DNA from: Patescibacteria group bacterium
GTDB taxonomy: Bacteria; Patescibacteriota; Patescibacteriia; JAQUQO01
DNA: 64,000 bases
Assembly (NCBI GenBank): GCA_028716045.1
Contig: JAQUQO010000001.1
Coordinates: 256,942-320,941, forward strand
Direction of reading: 5' to 3'
In this document: positions 48,103 through 59,334 of the stretch, piece by piece
Layout of the letters: every line of letters begins with the position of its first letter
Position numbering within the stretch: the first letter of the stretch is position 1
Made by a program: the position numbers and the translations under genes
Notes under the pieces: model-generated
Database searches by the model: none
Seen by the model: the letters and a program-made list of their open reading frames with translations, nothing else
What the model was told of the DNA's origin: nothing

Positions 48103-48267
48103 TTCTTATTCTCCAATTAGTTGTTAAATAACAAATATACTGTTCATATATTTTTATCATTTTCTCGTATTTTTGTCAAGAGCGATGTCTCCCTATTGAC
48201 TAATTTTAGTAAAAAAAGTAAAGTGAGGGCAAAATGAACCGGTTCTTTTATATTAGGAGGGTTAAAT

Positions 48268-48630
48268 ATGAGGAAAGATTTAAAAACCAAGGTAACGCTC
48301 GTGAAACACGGCTCTTATTCGTCAGAAAGCAAGTATGACATTACGCAACATAAGTATGGATGCGCTGATTGTGAAGAGGTTCCGCAAGGGTATGCGGAAC
48401 TATTGGAAATTAAGAATCCGCCGGCCGGCAGAGAAGGAGCCGTTATTCATATCTGTATAGATGGAGCCGGCAGCAGAATTTTTGCTTTTCGGACAATAGC
48501 TGAAGCCAGGGCGGCATGGGAGCTGAAATGTCACGAACTTCTTAAAAAAGATATTAATTTTAAGGGAGTCAAGGGGTTTGCGAAAAGCATTAAATACACC
48601 CGTAAAGAGCCGTGGTTTTATCAGAATTAG
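48268..48630 (+). CDS. hypothetical protein (accessory cassette)
   Basis: SD AGGAGG, boxA-like GTTCTTTTA, its own promoter and terminator, and a CxxC. Confidence 0.8.
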   Translation: MRKDLKTKVTLVKHGSYSSESKYDITQHKYGCADCEEVPQGYAELLEIKNPPAGREGAVIHICIDGAGSRIFAFRTIAEARAAWELKCHELLKKDINFKGVKGFAKSIKYTRKEPWFYQN

Positions 48631-48722
48631 CTAAACTATAAAATAGGGATGGATTTATCCCTATTTTTTATTAGCATTAAGTACGAAATAAAAAAGACGT
48701 CAGCTGACGTCTTTTGGCGGAG

Positions 48723-49007
48723 TTATTGAGTTTTGAGTTTTTTCTCTATGGACTCCTTTTTCTCTTCGGCCGCTTTTATAAATTTTTCGATTCCTCCGCA
48801 AACTGGTTTTTTGGTTTCATAATAGTGAAGCAGGGCGTTTATGCATACCAATCTTTTCTTACTCTCACCATTTCTCCAGAAATAATATTCTACGGGGATA
48901 TCACAGACGATTTCTTTTTCAAGCTCTTTGTCTAAGGGCATTTTGTGGTCCACGAAAAATGCCCGCAAGACGCAGAAGAATTTAACCTTAATATCTATTT
49001 TGTTCAT
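48723..49007 (-). CDS. hypothetical protein (accessory cassette)
   Basis: ATG at 49007 with SD GGAGG and boxA GAACTTTAACAA at 49024-49035. Confidence 0.75.
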   Translation of the reverse strand: MNKIDIKVKFFCVLRAFFVDHKMPLDKELEKEIVCDIPVEYYFWRNGESKKRLVCINALLHYYETKKPVCGGIEKFIKAAEEKKESIEKKLKTQ

Positions 49008-49071
49008 TTTACCCTCCAACTAATTGTTAAAGTTCTTTTTAAAAGAGACGCTTTTCGGCGCCTCCTATTAT

Positions 49072-50331
49072 TTAAAAATTTATCAAATAATCCATGGGAT
49101 TAACCGGTATCCCATCCAATCTTACCTCAAAATGTAAATGCGGTCCAGTGGTCAGCCGCCCGGCACCTAAGGTTCCCGGAGCGCCGCCCGTGTAAGCAAC
49201 GATTTGGCCGCGCGTCACATATTCGTCCTCGGTGACGGCAAAAGCCGAAACGTGCCCGTAAACCGTGGAAATTCCGCCGGAATGGATAATCATCAGATAA
49301 TTATAACCAAAACCGTTTTCCCTGACTCTGGCGATATATCCGGGCGCCGGTGCGCGTATTGCTGTGCCCTGTGAGGCCCTTAAATCAACCGCCGGATGCT
49401 CAAAAATATAGCGGAAGGGGTAGTCGGGGTCGTGGAAGGTGGCGGTGATGCCGTTAAAAGGTATCGGCCAGGAAAGTATCGCCTGCTCCCCTTCTTTGAA
49501 ATTTATGTCGCTGGCTTCTAATTTTTGTCTAATGGTTTTTTCAAGTGAAGCGATGTCGGAACTTACGGCCTGTTGTTCGCGGCGTAATTGGGATAATAAT
49601 TCTTGAAATTTCGCTTCGGACTTTTTAGTGTTTTCCAAAACTAATTCTTTACTTAAGATTTCTCCCTGCAGACGGCTCTGCTCCTCGCTTAAAGCGAGTT
49701 TTAATTTTTCCAGGTCCTTTTGTTGTGATTCCAGACGGATTTTTTTCTCATCCAACTCCTTTTTTAGCGTTACGACCTTACCTAAAACATCGCGCAGGTT
49801 TGTCTGCATATTTTCCAGATATTTTAGCTGGTCAAAAAAATCAGAAAAAGAATCATTCAGCAAGAAAACTCGCAGATAACCGATATCGTCATTTTTTCTG
49901 ATAAGTTGAAGGTAGTCAGTTAGAGTTTTTTTGCGATTGGCGATATCTTTTTCTTTATCCCCTATCTCTAAATTGGTGCCAGCTATTTCCAGCTTAACCT
50001 GGTCCATCTCCGCTTCCGTTGTTTCTATGTCAATTTTCGTTTTGGCGATTTGATTTTCCACTAAATTTATCTGATTGGCTAAGTTTATCGCCTCTGACCT
50101 CTTTTGAGAGATGAGTTTTTCGTATTGTTTGGATTGGTCTTTCAATTTGTCTATTTCGTCCTTTTTGGATTGTATTTGGTCGTTGATATTTAAAACTTCA
50201 TCCCTGATGTCGTCTTTTGCTGTTTCCGCCAAGATATTTTTTATAAAACCCGGCGAGAGAAAAAAAATACTAACTATAAAAAAAATAGTTAGCAGGCGGA
50301 AAGTATTTGTTTTTTGTGTTTTTGTCTTCAT
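49072..50331 (-). CDS. coiled-coil M23 peptidase (EnvC-like murein hydrolase/activator)
   Basis: Signal/TM, long coiled coil, HPAVD, YGH and GPHLHFEVR. Confidence 0.92.
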   Translation of the reverse strand: MKTKTQKTNTFRLLTIFFIVSIFFLSPGFIKNILAETAKDDIRDEVLNINDQIQSKKDEIDKLKDQSKQYEKLISQKRSEAINLANQINLVENQIAKTKIDIETTEAEMDQVKLEIAGTNLEIGDKEKDIANRKKTLTDYLQLIRKNDDIGYLRVFLLNDSFSDFFDQLKYLENMQTNLRDVLGKVVTLKKELDEKKIRLESQQKDLEKLKLALSEEQSRLQGEILSKELVLENTKKSEAKFQELLSQLRREQQAVSSDIASLEKTIRQKLEASDINFKEGEQAILSWPIPFNGITATFHDPDYPFRYIFEHPAVDLRASQGTAIRAPAPGYIARVRENGFGYNYLMIIHSGGISTVYGHVSAFAVTEDEYVTRGQIVAYTGGAPGTLGAGRLTTGPHLHFEVRLDGIPVNPMDYLINF

Positions 50332-50471
50332 TAATTTATTTTAACACGGTTTAGCTGAAATAACCAAATTTTTGCCAATATTTATAAGTTATGGGACTAT
50401 CCTTTTTTAAATTTTGAGCGATATTTGCGGGAGTTAAATCTTTAAATCTACCAAAGTAGTATTTCCATATT

Positions 50472-51962
50472 TTATTTTAAAGTATTTATTGCGTCATTTA
50501 TTCTTTTTAACGTTTTTTCTTTTCCTAAAATAGCGGCAATGTCAAAGGGCCCGGGCGAGGCCTTACGGCCGCAAAGGGCGACGCGCAGTGGCCAAAGCAC
50601 CGCCCCCCTATCCTCCCCGCAAATTCCCAGCAGTATTTTTTCCAACTTTTTCGGCTCAAAATCTTTTTCTTTTAGTTCAGAAAGGATTTTATAAACATTT
50701 TTCAGATTAGCGCTGGTAGCTTCTTTATCGCTTTTCTTCCAGATTAGTATTTCCGGTTCGTATTTAATGGAATCAAAAAAGAAATAATTGGTAGCTTCGT
50801 CAATGTCTTTTAATTTTTTAATTCTCCCTTGCTCCAGCGCCACGATTTTTTCCAGATATTCAGAGTCAATCAGTTCTTTGGTGTCAGTTATTTCAAATTT
50901 TGAACCAGCTCTTTGAATCAGGCGGCCCTCCGCAAGAAAAGGGACGCAGAGTTTAGTGAGTTCTTTGATTGATTTTTGTTTAATATAATAACTATTAAAC
51001 CAATCCAATTTTTCAACATTAAAAATCGCGCCGGTTTTATGCGTTTTTTCTATGGAAAATTCTTTTATCAAATCTTTGAGCGAAAAAATTTCCCGTTCAT
51101 CCCCCGGATTCCAGCCCAAGAAAGCCATAAAATTCACCAAGGCCTCTGGCAGATAACCATTTTCCCGATATTCTAAAATTGAAGTGGCACCGTGCCTTTT
51201 AGACATTTTAGATTTATCGGACCCTAGAATCAGGGGCAGATGGCCGTAAACAGGCGGCGTGAGTCCGAGCGCTTCAAAAATCAAAAGCTGTTTGGGTGTG
51301 TTGGAAATATGGTCTTCCCCGCGGATGACGTGGCTGATTTCCATAGTATAATCATCAATCACCACGGCAAAATTATAGAGCGGGGTGTTGAGGTCTTTGG
51401 CAATTGTTATATCCCCAATTAAGTCAGTATCAAATTCTATTTCGCCGCGGATAAGGTCGTTAAATTTTATTTTTTTTGATTCAACTTTAAAACGGATAAT
51501 CGGTTTGCGCCCTTCGCTTTCAAATTTTCTCTTTTGTTCTTCTGTCAGATGGCGGCATCGTCCGGAATATCTCGGAGCAATCCCCTGTTTCTCCATCTCG
51601 GCGCGTTCTTTATCCAATTCTTCCTCGGTACAATAGCAATAATAAGCCGTGCCATTATCCAAAAGTTTTTTTAGATAGTCAGAGTAAATTTCTGTTCGTT
51701 GACTTTGAAAATATGGTCCGTATTTACCGCTTTTTTCCGGCCCCTCGTCCCATTCTATTTCCAGCCACCTTAATCCTTCTATTATATTTTTAGTATATTG
51801 TTCGCCAGACCTTTCCAAGTCGGTATCTTCAATACGCACGATAAAATCACCCTTATTTTTTTTAGCGAATAAATAATTAAACAAAGCGGAGCGGGCTGTT
51901 CCAATATGCAGATTGCCGGTCGGCGACGGGGCGATTCTCACTCGTATTTTAGGCTTTGACAT
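50472..51962 (-). CDS. gltX: glutamyl-tRNA synthetase
   Basis: RIAPSPTG.LHIG, RIEDTD, HVIRGEDH and KMSKR. Confidence 0.97.
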   Translation of the reverse strand: MSKPKIRVRIAPSPTGNLHIGTARSALFNYLFAKKNKGDFIVRIEDTDLERSGEQYTKNIIEGLRWLEIEWDEGPEKSGKYGPYFQSQRTEIYSDYLKKLLDNGTAYYCYCTEEELDKERAEMEKQGIAPRYSGRCRHLTEEQKRKFESEGRKPIIRFKVESKKIKFNDLIRGEIEFDTDLIGDITIAKDLNTPLYNFAVVIDDYTMEISHVIRGEDHISNTPKQLLIFEALGLTPPVYGHLPLILGSDKSKMSKRHGATSILEYRENGYLPEALVNFMAFLGWNPGDEREIFSLKDLIKEFSIEKTHKTGAIFNVEKLDWFNSYYIKQKSIKELTKLCVPFLAEGRLIQRAGSKFEITDTKELIDSEYLEKIVALEQGRIKKLKDIDEATNYFFFDSIKYEPEILIWKKSDKEATSANLKNVYKILSELKEKDFEPKKLEKILLGICGEDRGAVLWPLRVALCGRKASPGPFDIAAILGKEKTLKRINDAINTLK

Positions 51963-52024
51963 TAAAGTGGAGTTAAGTTATAATTACCTAAATTATATAA
52001 AAATTAGCGATTTTAGTCAAAAGT

Positions 52025-52333
52025 ATGGATAAAAATGGATGGGAATCATCGTTAGACCCTAAAAAAGAAGAGGAAAAGAAGGCGTATATTGATACTATTC
52101 GGCAGAGGTCCAAAGAATTATTATCTCAAATTCCCGATGAACAGTTAGAATTTATTTTAAATATATTACAGGGCGGCAAAACTATTAAAGAGATTGAAAA
52201 AGACAAAGATATTGAGGCGGAATTCATGACGCGGTTTAATTTAAGGGATGATAAAAATTTTAGGCAAATTGCCAATATCATTTCTACTTTAAAATTTGCC
52301 AATCGCGAAGACGAGAGATTAAATAAAATATAA
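52025..52333 (+). CDS. hypothetical protein
   Basis: 102-aa charged ORF followed by a terminator. Confidence 0.65.
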   Translation: MDKNGWESSLDPKKEEEKKAYIDTIRQRSKELLSQIPDEQLEFILNILQGGKTIKEIEKDKDIEAEFMTRFNLRDDKNFRQIANIISTLKFANREDERLNKI

Positions 52334-52381
52334 ATAAAACAAAAATCCCGAACCCATTTTGGCGGAGCGGGATTTTTTATT

Positions 52382-53113
52382 TTATCTTTTTGTCAAAACC
52401 AGCCAGCTAAATTTTATCACCGCGTTATAAATCCTCTTCCAGCGCCAAGGTTCTAAAATTAAACGCCACAGCCATTCCAATCCGATTATTCTTAAAAATT
52501 TCGGTGCGCGCTTTATTTGCCCGGAAATAAAGTCAAAACTACCCCCTACTCCCATAGCAAACTTGACGCTTGGCAGTTTAGCCAAATTTTTATCAATCCA
52601 TTTTTCCTGTTTAACTTGTCCCAGGGCTACCAACAGGACATCCGGCCCAAAGTTGTTTATTTTTTCTAGTTCCAAATTCTTAATTTCCAATTCCTGATTT
52701 TCAACAATTATCTCACTATCCCCTATTATTTTTAGATTCGGGCATTTATTTTTTAAAATTTCCGCTGTTTTTTCTGCCGCCCTATCTTTCCCGCCCAAAA
52801 GATAGATTGAACAATTATTTTGTTCACATAGCGTTGCAATATCCCAAATCAAATCTACCCCGGGGATTCTTTCGGGCAGAGGTCGTTTTAGAAATTTAAA
52901 GGCGAGAATTAAACCAAAACCATCAGGAATAGAGAGGGCGCATTTATTTAGAAGATTTTTAAATTTCTCATCTTTTTGCGCCGCTACAATAAATTCCGGA
53001 TTTACCGTGACAATTTGGTGCTGTTCCGGCAAATGTAAAAAAATTTCCAGTTTTTCCAGAACTTGTTTTTTATCTAAGTTATCTATGGTAACTCCCAAAA
53101 TATCTATTTTCAT
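52382..53113 (-). CDS. WecB/TagA/CpsF-family glycosyltransferase
   Basis: TVNPE, PDG.G, ERIPG.D, GVGGSFD and RAP....GLEWLWRL..EP.R. Confidence 0.94.
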   Translation of the reverse strand: MKIDILGVTIDNLDKKQVLEKLEIFLHLPEQHQIVTVNPEFIVAAQKDEKFKNLLNKCALSIPDGFGLILAFKFLKRPLPERIPGVDLIWDIATLCEQNNCSIYLLGGKDRAAEKTAEILKNKCPNLKIIGDSEIIVENQELEIKNLELEKINNFGPDVLLVALGQVKQEKWIDKNLAKLPSVKFAMGVGGSFDFISGQIKRAPKFLRIIGLEWLWRLILEPWRWKRIYNAVIKFSWLVLTKR

Positions 53114-53200
53114 ATTTCTATAAAGTATCATTTTTAATCCAAAAAATCAAATAAAAAATCCCGTTTGGATTTTGTCCAAAAACGGGATTAAGTTTTAAAA

Positions 53201-54181
53201 TTACTGTTCGAATGTCATGTTGTTGATGTGGCTTACCGATTCGCCGGTGTTTACAGCCCTGATCGTTTCGGCCAGGATTTGGTCAACACTGATTTTTTTA
53301 AATTTTTTTAGCATTTTTTCTTCGGGAAGAACGAGAGTGTCGGTAAAAACTATTTCTTTGATGGCGGAGTTTTCAATGCGTTCCACCGCTTTACCGGAAA
53401 GCAGGGCGTGAGTAGCGCAGGCGTAAATTTCCTTGGCCCCTCTTGCTTTTATCGCTGCCGCGCCTTGAGTTATCGTGCCAGCCGTGTCAATCATATCGTC
53501 AGCAATAATGCAGATTTTGCCGTCAACTTCGCCAATAATATTCATCACTTCGGACTCATTTTCCTCGATGCGCCTTTTATCAATAATAATCAGTCGGCAC
53601 TTGAAATAGGTGGCAAAATCATCTCGAGCGCGTCGCGTTGCCCCTGTGTCGGGAGCCACAATAACAAGATCTTCTTGCAGGTTGTGTCCTTTTGCCAGAA
53701 GTTTTTTTTCAAAGTAATTAATCAGTATGTTTTTAGCGTAGACGTGATTGACCGGGATAGGGAAGTAGCCCTCAATGGCGCTGTTATGCAGGTCAATCGT
53801 AATAACTTGTTCCACCTTGAGGCTGGCGCTTTTGATAAGCATGGCCACCAAACTTGCTGAAATCGGCGTGCGAGGTTCTATTTTACGATCTTGCCTGGCA
53901 TAGCCGAAGTAAGGAATTACCGGGATAATCCTTCCGGCCCCGGCGCGGGAAACAGTATCAATCATAAAAAGTAGTTCCAGGATATTTTCTGCCGGCGGGT
54001 TGGTGCTTTGGATAATAAAAACATCATTATCGCGAACATTGTTTCGAACATTTTTAATCTTTATTTCCCCGTCAGAAAATCTGCCAACTTCCATTTCACC
54101 CAATTTTTCGCCTAATCTCGCCGCTACCCTTTCGGCCAGTGGACGATTGGAATTGCCGGTAAAAATTATTCTCTTTCTCAT
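53201..54181 (-). CDS. prs: ribose-phosphate pyrophosphokinase
   Basis: FSDGE, PYFGYARQDR, DLH and DDMIDTAGT. ATG at 54181 follows SD AAGGAGGT. Confidence 0.96.
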   Translation of the reverse strand: MRKRIIFTGNSNRPLAERVAARLGEKLGEMEVGRFSDGEIKIKNVRNNVRDNDVFIIQSTNPPAENILELLFMIDTVSRAGAGRIIPVIPYFGYARQDRKIEPRTPISASLVAMLIKSASLKVEQVITIDLHNSAIEGYFPIPVNHVYAKNILINYFEKKLLAKGHNLQEDLVIVAPDTGATRRARDDFATYFKCRLIIIDKRRIEENESEVMNIIGEVDGKICIIADDMIDTAGTITQGAAAIKARGAKEIYACATHALLSGKAVERIENSAIKEIVFTDTLVLPEEKMLKKFKKISVDQILAETIRAVNTGESVSHINNMTFEQ

Positions 54182-54334
54182 TTTTATACCTCCTTTTAAG
54201 GTTATCAAGGTTCAGATTTAGTTCATTTAAACATTTTCTAAATAAATTGTCAACTATTGAGGGTGAATTTTATCCCGCCTTATTGACAATATAACAAAAT
54301 ATGCTATTATTAAATAATAAATAACCCAATTATT

Positions 54335-54775
54335 ATGGATTCAAAATTTTTTGGAGGGGTGTCAAAATTTGAGAAAGGAATAAAAGAGAAAGAAGCGAAA
54401 GAAGCCGAAAGACAGAAAAGAATAGAAGAATTTCAGGAAGAAGCCAAAAAAAGTATATTACAGTGGTTAACTTCAAATGTACCTGATTGGCCAAAAAAAT
54501 TTCAAGAAAGTTTAGATTTTAGGATTGACCACAATCCTTTGTTTAAAGAACTATTATCCGAATTTAATGAGTGGTATAATGATAAGTGGGCAGATGACCC
54601 TATGGGTTTCAAAAAAACCTTTTTGGAAGCGACATTTTTAGAAAATATCATCAAGGGATTTAAGAAAGAAGTGGAAAAAAAACGGGAAGCTGAAGAGGAG
54701 CAAGAAATAAAAAAAAGAAAGAACAATATCGGGGGAAATGTGATTATGAAGATTGGAAAAATAAGGATTGAATAA
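54335..54775 (+). CDS. hypothetical protein
   Basis: 146-aa charged ORF with its own promoter and terminator. Confidence 0.75.
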   Translation: MDSKFFGGVSKFEKGIKEKEAKEAERQKRIEEFQEEAKKSILQWLTSNVPDWPKKFQESLDFRIDHNPLFKELLSEFNEWYNDKWADDPMGFKKTFLEATFLENIIKGFKKEVEKKREAEEEQEIKKRKNNIGGNVIMKIGKIRIE

Positions 54776-54880
54776 TAGTTACATCTCAAAAAGAAGGGCA
54801 CTATTCCCTTCTTTTTGATTTCCGGTTTTATTTAATTTTTATAACGTTTGACAGATTTTTAGAAGTTAATTATACTGGAA

Positions 54881-54907
54881 TTAGCACTCAAAGTAAGAGA
54901 GTGCTAA
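54881..54907 (+). promoter_or_regulatory. CIRCE element (HrcA operator)
   Basis: Perfect TTAGCACTC-N9-GAGTGCTAA after TTGACA-17-TATACT, upstream of clpB. Confidence 0.95.
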
Positions 54908-54929
54908 TATAATTCTTTAATTACTTGAT

Positions 54930-57560
54930 ATGTTACCTTTTAATAATTTTACCGTCAAAGCCCAAGAGGCCCTGCAACGCGCTTCCCAGATTGCCGTGGA
55001 AAGCGGGCAACAGCAAATTAGCGACCTTCACCTGCTTCTTTCTCTGGCGGGGCAAGATGGCGGAGTTATTGTTTCTATTTTAGAAAAATTAAATGTCAAT
55101 CAGAAAACCCTGGAAGAGCGGGCTTGGAGGGAGTTGGAGTCGCTTCTTCAACCGCGGCTGCCCATGGGCGGAATTGCCCAGCTTTACATTACTCCGGAAT
55201 TTCGAGATGTTTTGGAAAAGGCTTCAAAAGAAGCGGAGAAAATGAAGGACGAATATATTTCCACCGAGCATTTGCTTTTAGCCATGCTTTCCGTTAAATC
55301 AAAATCACGTTTGCTTTTAGAACAATTCGGGCTTACTTATGATAGTGTTTTGCGGATTTTGAAAGAAGTTCGCGGCAGTCAGCGCATTACTGACCCGGAA
55401 CCGGAAAGCAAGTATCAGGCGCTGGAAAAATACAGTGTTAATCTGACTGACCTCGCCCGCAAGGAAAAGCTTGACCCGGTAATCGGGCGTGATAAAGAAA
55501 TCCGCCGTTTAATGCAGGTTCTTTCCCGCCGCACCAAAAACAACCCGGTGCTTATCGGTGAACCCGGGACCGGTAAAACGGCGATTGTGGAAGGTCTGGC
55601 CCAGCGCATTGTTGACGGAGATGTGCCGGAAAGCATCAAGGATAAAGAATTGATTTCTCTGGATATTGGTTCTTTAGTTGCCGGAACTAAATTTCGCGGA
55701 GAATTTGAAGACCGCTTGAAAGCCGTGCTTAAAGAGATTAAAGCGGCGGCCGGTAAAACAATTCTTTTTATTGATGAACTTCACACGATTGTCGGGGCGG
55801 GCGGCGCGGAAGGAGCGATTGACGCTTCTAATATGTTGAAGCCGGCTTTGGCGCGCGGTGAATTGCGGGCCATTGGCGCGACAACAATCAAAGAATATCA
55901 AAGGCATATCGAAAAAGACGCGGCTTTGGAAAGGCGCTTCCAGCCGGTTTTGGTAAGCGAACCAACCCCCGAAGACACTATCAGTATTTTGCGCGGCATT
56001 AAAGAAAAATATGAAGTCCATCACGGAGTTAAGATTACTGACAACGCCCTTTTGGCAGCCGTGGAACTTTCCAAAAGATATATTACCGAAAGATTTCTGC
56101 CGGATAAAGCCATTGACCTTGTTGATGAAGCAACTTCTGCTTTGCGCATGGAGATAGATTCCATGCCCGAAGAATTGGATAAATTTAAAAGACGGCAACG
56201 GCAGTTGGAAATTGAACGGGAGGCCTTGCGTAAAGAAAAAGATGACCCGGACGCCAAAGAACGATTAAAAAAATTAAATAAGGAAATATCTAAAATTAAA
56301 GAAGAGTCCAGCGAGTTGGAAATCCATTGGAAAGCGGAAAAAGAAGCGCTTACCAAAATGCACGAATCCAAAGCAGAGATAGATAAATTAAAAAGTCAGT
56401 CGGAAAAATTGGAACGCGAGGGGCATTTGCAGGAAGTGGCGGAAATTCGCTATGGCCGCATACCTAATTTGGAAAAGGAAATAAAAAAACAAGAAAACAG
56501 ATTGACGGAGATTCAGAAAACTAATCGTATGCTCAAAGAAGAGGTTGATGAAGAAGATATTGCCGAAGTGGTGGCGCGGTGGACGGGCATTCCCGTGGCC
56601 AAGATTTTAGAGTCGGAAAGCGGAAAATTGGCCAAAATGGAGGAGGGGCTGCAAAAGCGCGTAATAGGCCAAGAAGAGGCAATTGAGGCCGTAGCGAACG
56701 CTGTGAGGCGTTCCAGGGCCGGTATTGCGGAGGAATCACGTCCCATCGGGTCGTTTATCTTTATGGGGCCTACGGGGGTGGGTAAAACCGAGCTGGCGCG
56801 GGCTTTGGCCGAATTTATGTTTAACGATGAAAATGCCTTAGTGCGGCTGGATATGTCCGAGTATATGGAAAAACATTCTACCGCCAAGATGATTGGTTCT
56901 CCCCCGGGATATGTTGGCTATGAAGAGGGCGGACAGCTTACGGAAATTATCCGCCGCCGGCCCTACGCCGTTATCTTATTTGATGAAATAGAGAAAGCCC
57001 ATCCGGATGTTTTTAATATGCTACTCCAGATTTTAGACGATGGCCGGATTACTGACAGCAAGGGGCGCGTGGTGAATTTCAAAAACACGGTTATCATCAT
57101 GACTTCCAATATCGGGAGCGAACTGATTTTGGAAACCGGCCGCGGCGGGGTTATTGGTTTTGGTGATAAGGCGGAAAGAAAAAGCCCCGAGAAAATAATG
57201 CGCGACAAAATAATGAAGATGTTGCAGGAAAGATTCAAACCGGAATTTTTAAACAGAGTTGATGAAATCATTATATTTCATTCTCTGAAACCGAAGGAGC
57301 TGGCGCGTATTGTTGAATTGCAGGTTAAAAAAGTACATGACAGATTATTGGAAAAGAAAATTAAGTTAAAAATTTCCGATAAAGTCAAAGACCTGCTGGC
57401 CAAAAAGGGCTATGATCCCCTCTTCGGCGCCCGACCGTTAAAACGCATTATCCAGCAGTTGATTTTAGACCCCTTAGCGCTTAAAATTATCAACAAAGAA
57501 TTTAAAGAAGGAGAAACGGTGAGCGTTGACGCTCGCGACGGCAAGATAGTGTTTAAGTAA
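54930..57560 (+). CDS. clpB: ATP-dependent chaperone ClpB
   Basis: Two AAA+ modules ([16 protein letters not shown]), a long middle coiled coil and GARPLKR. Confidence 0.96.
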   Translation: MLPFNNFTVKAQEALQRASQIAVESGQQQISDLHLLLSLAGQDGGVIVSILEKLNVNQKTLEERAWRELESLLQPRLPMGGIAQLYITPEFRDVLEKASKEAEKMKDEYISTEHLLLAMLSVKSKSRLLLEQFGLTYDSVLRILKEVRGSQRITDPEPESKYQALEKYSVNLTDLARKEKLDPVIGRDKEIRRLMQVLSRRTKNNPVLIGEPGTGKTAIVEGLAQRIVDGDVPESIKDKELISLDIGSLVAGTKFRGEFEDRLKAVLKEIKAAAGKTILFIDELHTIVGAGGAEGAIDASNMLKPALARGELRAIGATTIKEYQRHIEKDAALERRFQPVLVSEPTPEDTISILRGIKEKYEVHHGVKITDNALLAAVELSKRYITERFLPDKAIDLVDEATSALRMEIDSMPEELDKFKRRQRQLEIEREALRKEKDDPDAKERLKKLNKEISKIKEESSELEIHWKAEKEALTKMHESKAEIDKLKSQSEKLEREGHLQEVAEIRYGRIPNLEKEIKKQENRLTEIQKTNRMLKEEVDEEDIAEVVARWTGIPVAKILESESGKLAKMEEGLQKRVIGQEEAIEAVANAVRRSRAGIAEESRPIGSFIFMGPTGVGKTELARALAEFMFNDENALVRLDMSEYMEKHSTAKMIGSPPGYVGYEEGGQLTEIIRRRPYAVILFDEIEKAHPDVFNMLLQILDDGRITDSKGRVVNFKNTVIIMTSNIGSELILETGRGGVIGFGDKAERKSPEKIMRDKIMKMLQERFKPEFLNRVDEIIIFHSLKPKELARIVELQVKKVHDRLLEKKIKLKISDKVKDLLAKKGYDPLFGARPLKRIIQQLILDPLALKIINKEFKEGETVSVDARDGKIVFK

Positions 57561-57642
57561 TCTTGTAACTTATAACTCAAAACTTGTAGCTTAAATAAAA
57601 AAAGAACGTTGTAATAAGCGTTCTTTCTGTTAAAAAGAAGGG

Positions 57643-57801
57643 TTATTTGTCTGTAGCTTTTATCCCTTCATACATCATTTCCCTGATTCGTTTTAATTCT
57701 TGTTGCGCTTTCTTTTCTCTTTGCCGGCATTTATGGGCCATATAAAAAAATATGCCTATTTGCAAAAGAGCAAGCGCTTGTACTATAGTGCTGTGTTTCA
57801 T
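57643..57801 (-). CDS. small single-TM protein (52 aa, MKHSTIVQAL...)
   Basis: Not in the ORF track. SD AGGAGGT and boxA-like GAACTTTTAAAA upstream. Confidence 0.65.
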   Translation of the reverse strand: MKHSTIVQALALLQIGIFFYMAHKCRQREKKAQQELKRIREMMYEGIKATDK

Positions 57802-57850
57802 TCCGCACCTCCTAAACTTATTTATGTCAATTCAATTTTAAAAGTTCAAT

Positions 57851-59287
57851 TTAAATTTTTTCTTTTATCATCATTCTAGCTTTGCGGGTTTTAATTGATT
57901 TCAACCAGGCGGGGTCGGGTTTTTTTCGGCTTCTTTCTATGATTATTTCCACCTTGTCTCCGGACAATAATTTATAATCGTCAGACACTAATTCATCATT
58001 TACTTTAGCCCGCGCGTATTTATGCCCCAATTCAGTGTGTATGGCATAGGCAAAATCCACGGGCGTGGCGTTTTCTGGCAGATTAATAATGTCGCCCTTT
58101 GGCGTAAAAACAAAAATTCTTTTTTGAAAGATGTCGGTTTTTAAGGAATCTATATTTTCAAAGAATTTTGTTTTTTCTTTAATCTCCTTTTGAATTTTAG
58201 AAAATTCCCTTAGCCAGGCAATGTGTTTTTTCTTATTTTCCTGACCCTCCCCCTGCTCTCTATAAAACCAATGCGAAGCCAGACCATATTCATCTTCTTC
58301 GTGCATTGTTTTGGTGCGGATTTGAAACTCAACCGTTTTTCCGTCTTCGCAAAAAACCGTGGTATGAAGAGATTGATAGCCATTCGGCTTGGGTTGAGAA
58401 ATATAATCTTTAATCCTTCCTTTTACCGGTTTCCAGCGATGGTGTAGTATACCGAGAGCTGAATAACAGTCACTTTCCGATTCCACGATGATACGCGAAG
58501 CAAAGATGTCGTAGATATTATTAGGATTCCAATTTCTGGCGGCTAACTTTTTATAAACCCCGTAAAGACCTTTTTTGCGGCTGTGAATTTCTGCCACTCT
58601 GATGCCGCCCTTGACCAAATCTTTGCTAACTATTTTTCTTATTTTCTCCAGATAACCTTCTTTGGTCGCGTAAACATTTTTTACCAAGTTCAATGTTTTT
58701 TCGTAATCCTCGGGATAAACATACTTAAACGATAAATCTTCCAATTGCTGGCGAATTACATCCATCCCGAGACGATTGGCAATCGGGGCATAAATTTCCA
58801 GACTTTCTATCGCCAGGCGTTTTTGTTTATTTTCCGGCAGAAAGCTTAGTGATTTTAAGTTGTCAATTCTATCAGCAAATTTAATAAAAATAATCCGCAC
58901 GTCATCCGCTACGGAAATAAACATCTGGCGCAAGTTTTCCGCGTATTTTTTTTCTCCGCGATACCTCAAACTGTCCAGCTTCATCTCCCCCTCAACCATC
59001 TTGGCTACATCTCGGCTAAAATTTGTTTCTATGTCAGCGATAGTGTATTTAGTGTATTCCGGGACATCATGAAGTAGCCCAGCGACGACAAAATTAATAG
59101 GCAATTTCCATTCGGCAAGATGAAGAGCGGTATTTACGGAATGGTTTATTTGGGGTTCTCCGGAAAAGCGTTTATTATCTTGATGGGCCATTTCCGCAAA
59201 ATTGTAGGCCCTTTCCACTAACTCAACATTTACCTTGGGATAATTTTGAGATAACAGTTGTCTAATTTTTTCAATATTTTTAAACAT
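57851..59287 (-). CDS. RelA/SpoT homolog (HD, synthetase and TGS; no ACT domain)
   Basis: LLHDVPE, KFADRIDN, YAPIANRLG, KPNGYQSLHT, EFQIRT and TPVDFAYAIHT. Confidence 0.93.
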   Translation of the reverse strand: MFKNIEKIRQLLSQNYPKVNVELVERAYNFAEMAHQDNKRFSGEPQINHSVNTALHLAEWKLPINFVVAGLLHDVPEYTKYTIADIETNFSRDVAKMVEGEMKLDSLRYRGEKKYAENLRQMFISVADDVRIIFIKFADRIDNLKSLSFLPENKQKRLAIESLEIYAPIANRLGMDVIRQQLEDLSFKYVYPEDYEKTLNLVKNVYATKEGYLEKIRKIVSKDLVKGGIRVAEIHSRKKGLYGVYKKLAARNWNPNNIYDIFASRIIVESESDCYSALGILHHRWKPVKGRIKDYISQPKPNGYQSLHTTVFCEDGKTVEFQIRTKTMHEEDEYGLASHWFYREQGEGQENKKKHIAWLREFSKIQKEIKEKTKFFENIDSLKTDIFQKRIFVFTPKGDIINLPENATPVDFAYAIHTELGHKYARAKVNDELVSDDYKLLSGDKVEIIIERSRKKPDPAWLKSIKTRKARMMIKEKI

Positions 59288-59334
59288 GTATGTAAAATAA
59301 AAAACGTCCTTTTAGTAAAAGTTTATAACTTTTA

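Noticed and set aside
44875-49060. Prophage or integrative element in the orphan-rich stretch
   Set aside because: There are no integrase, structural or replication genes and no att repeats. The genes are mostly independent small transcription units.
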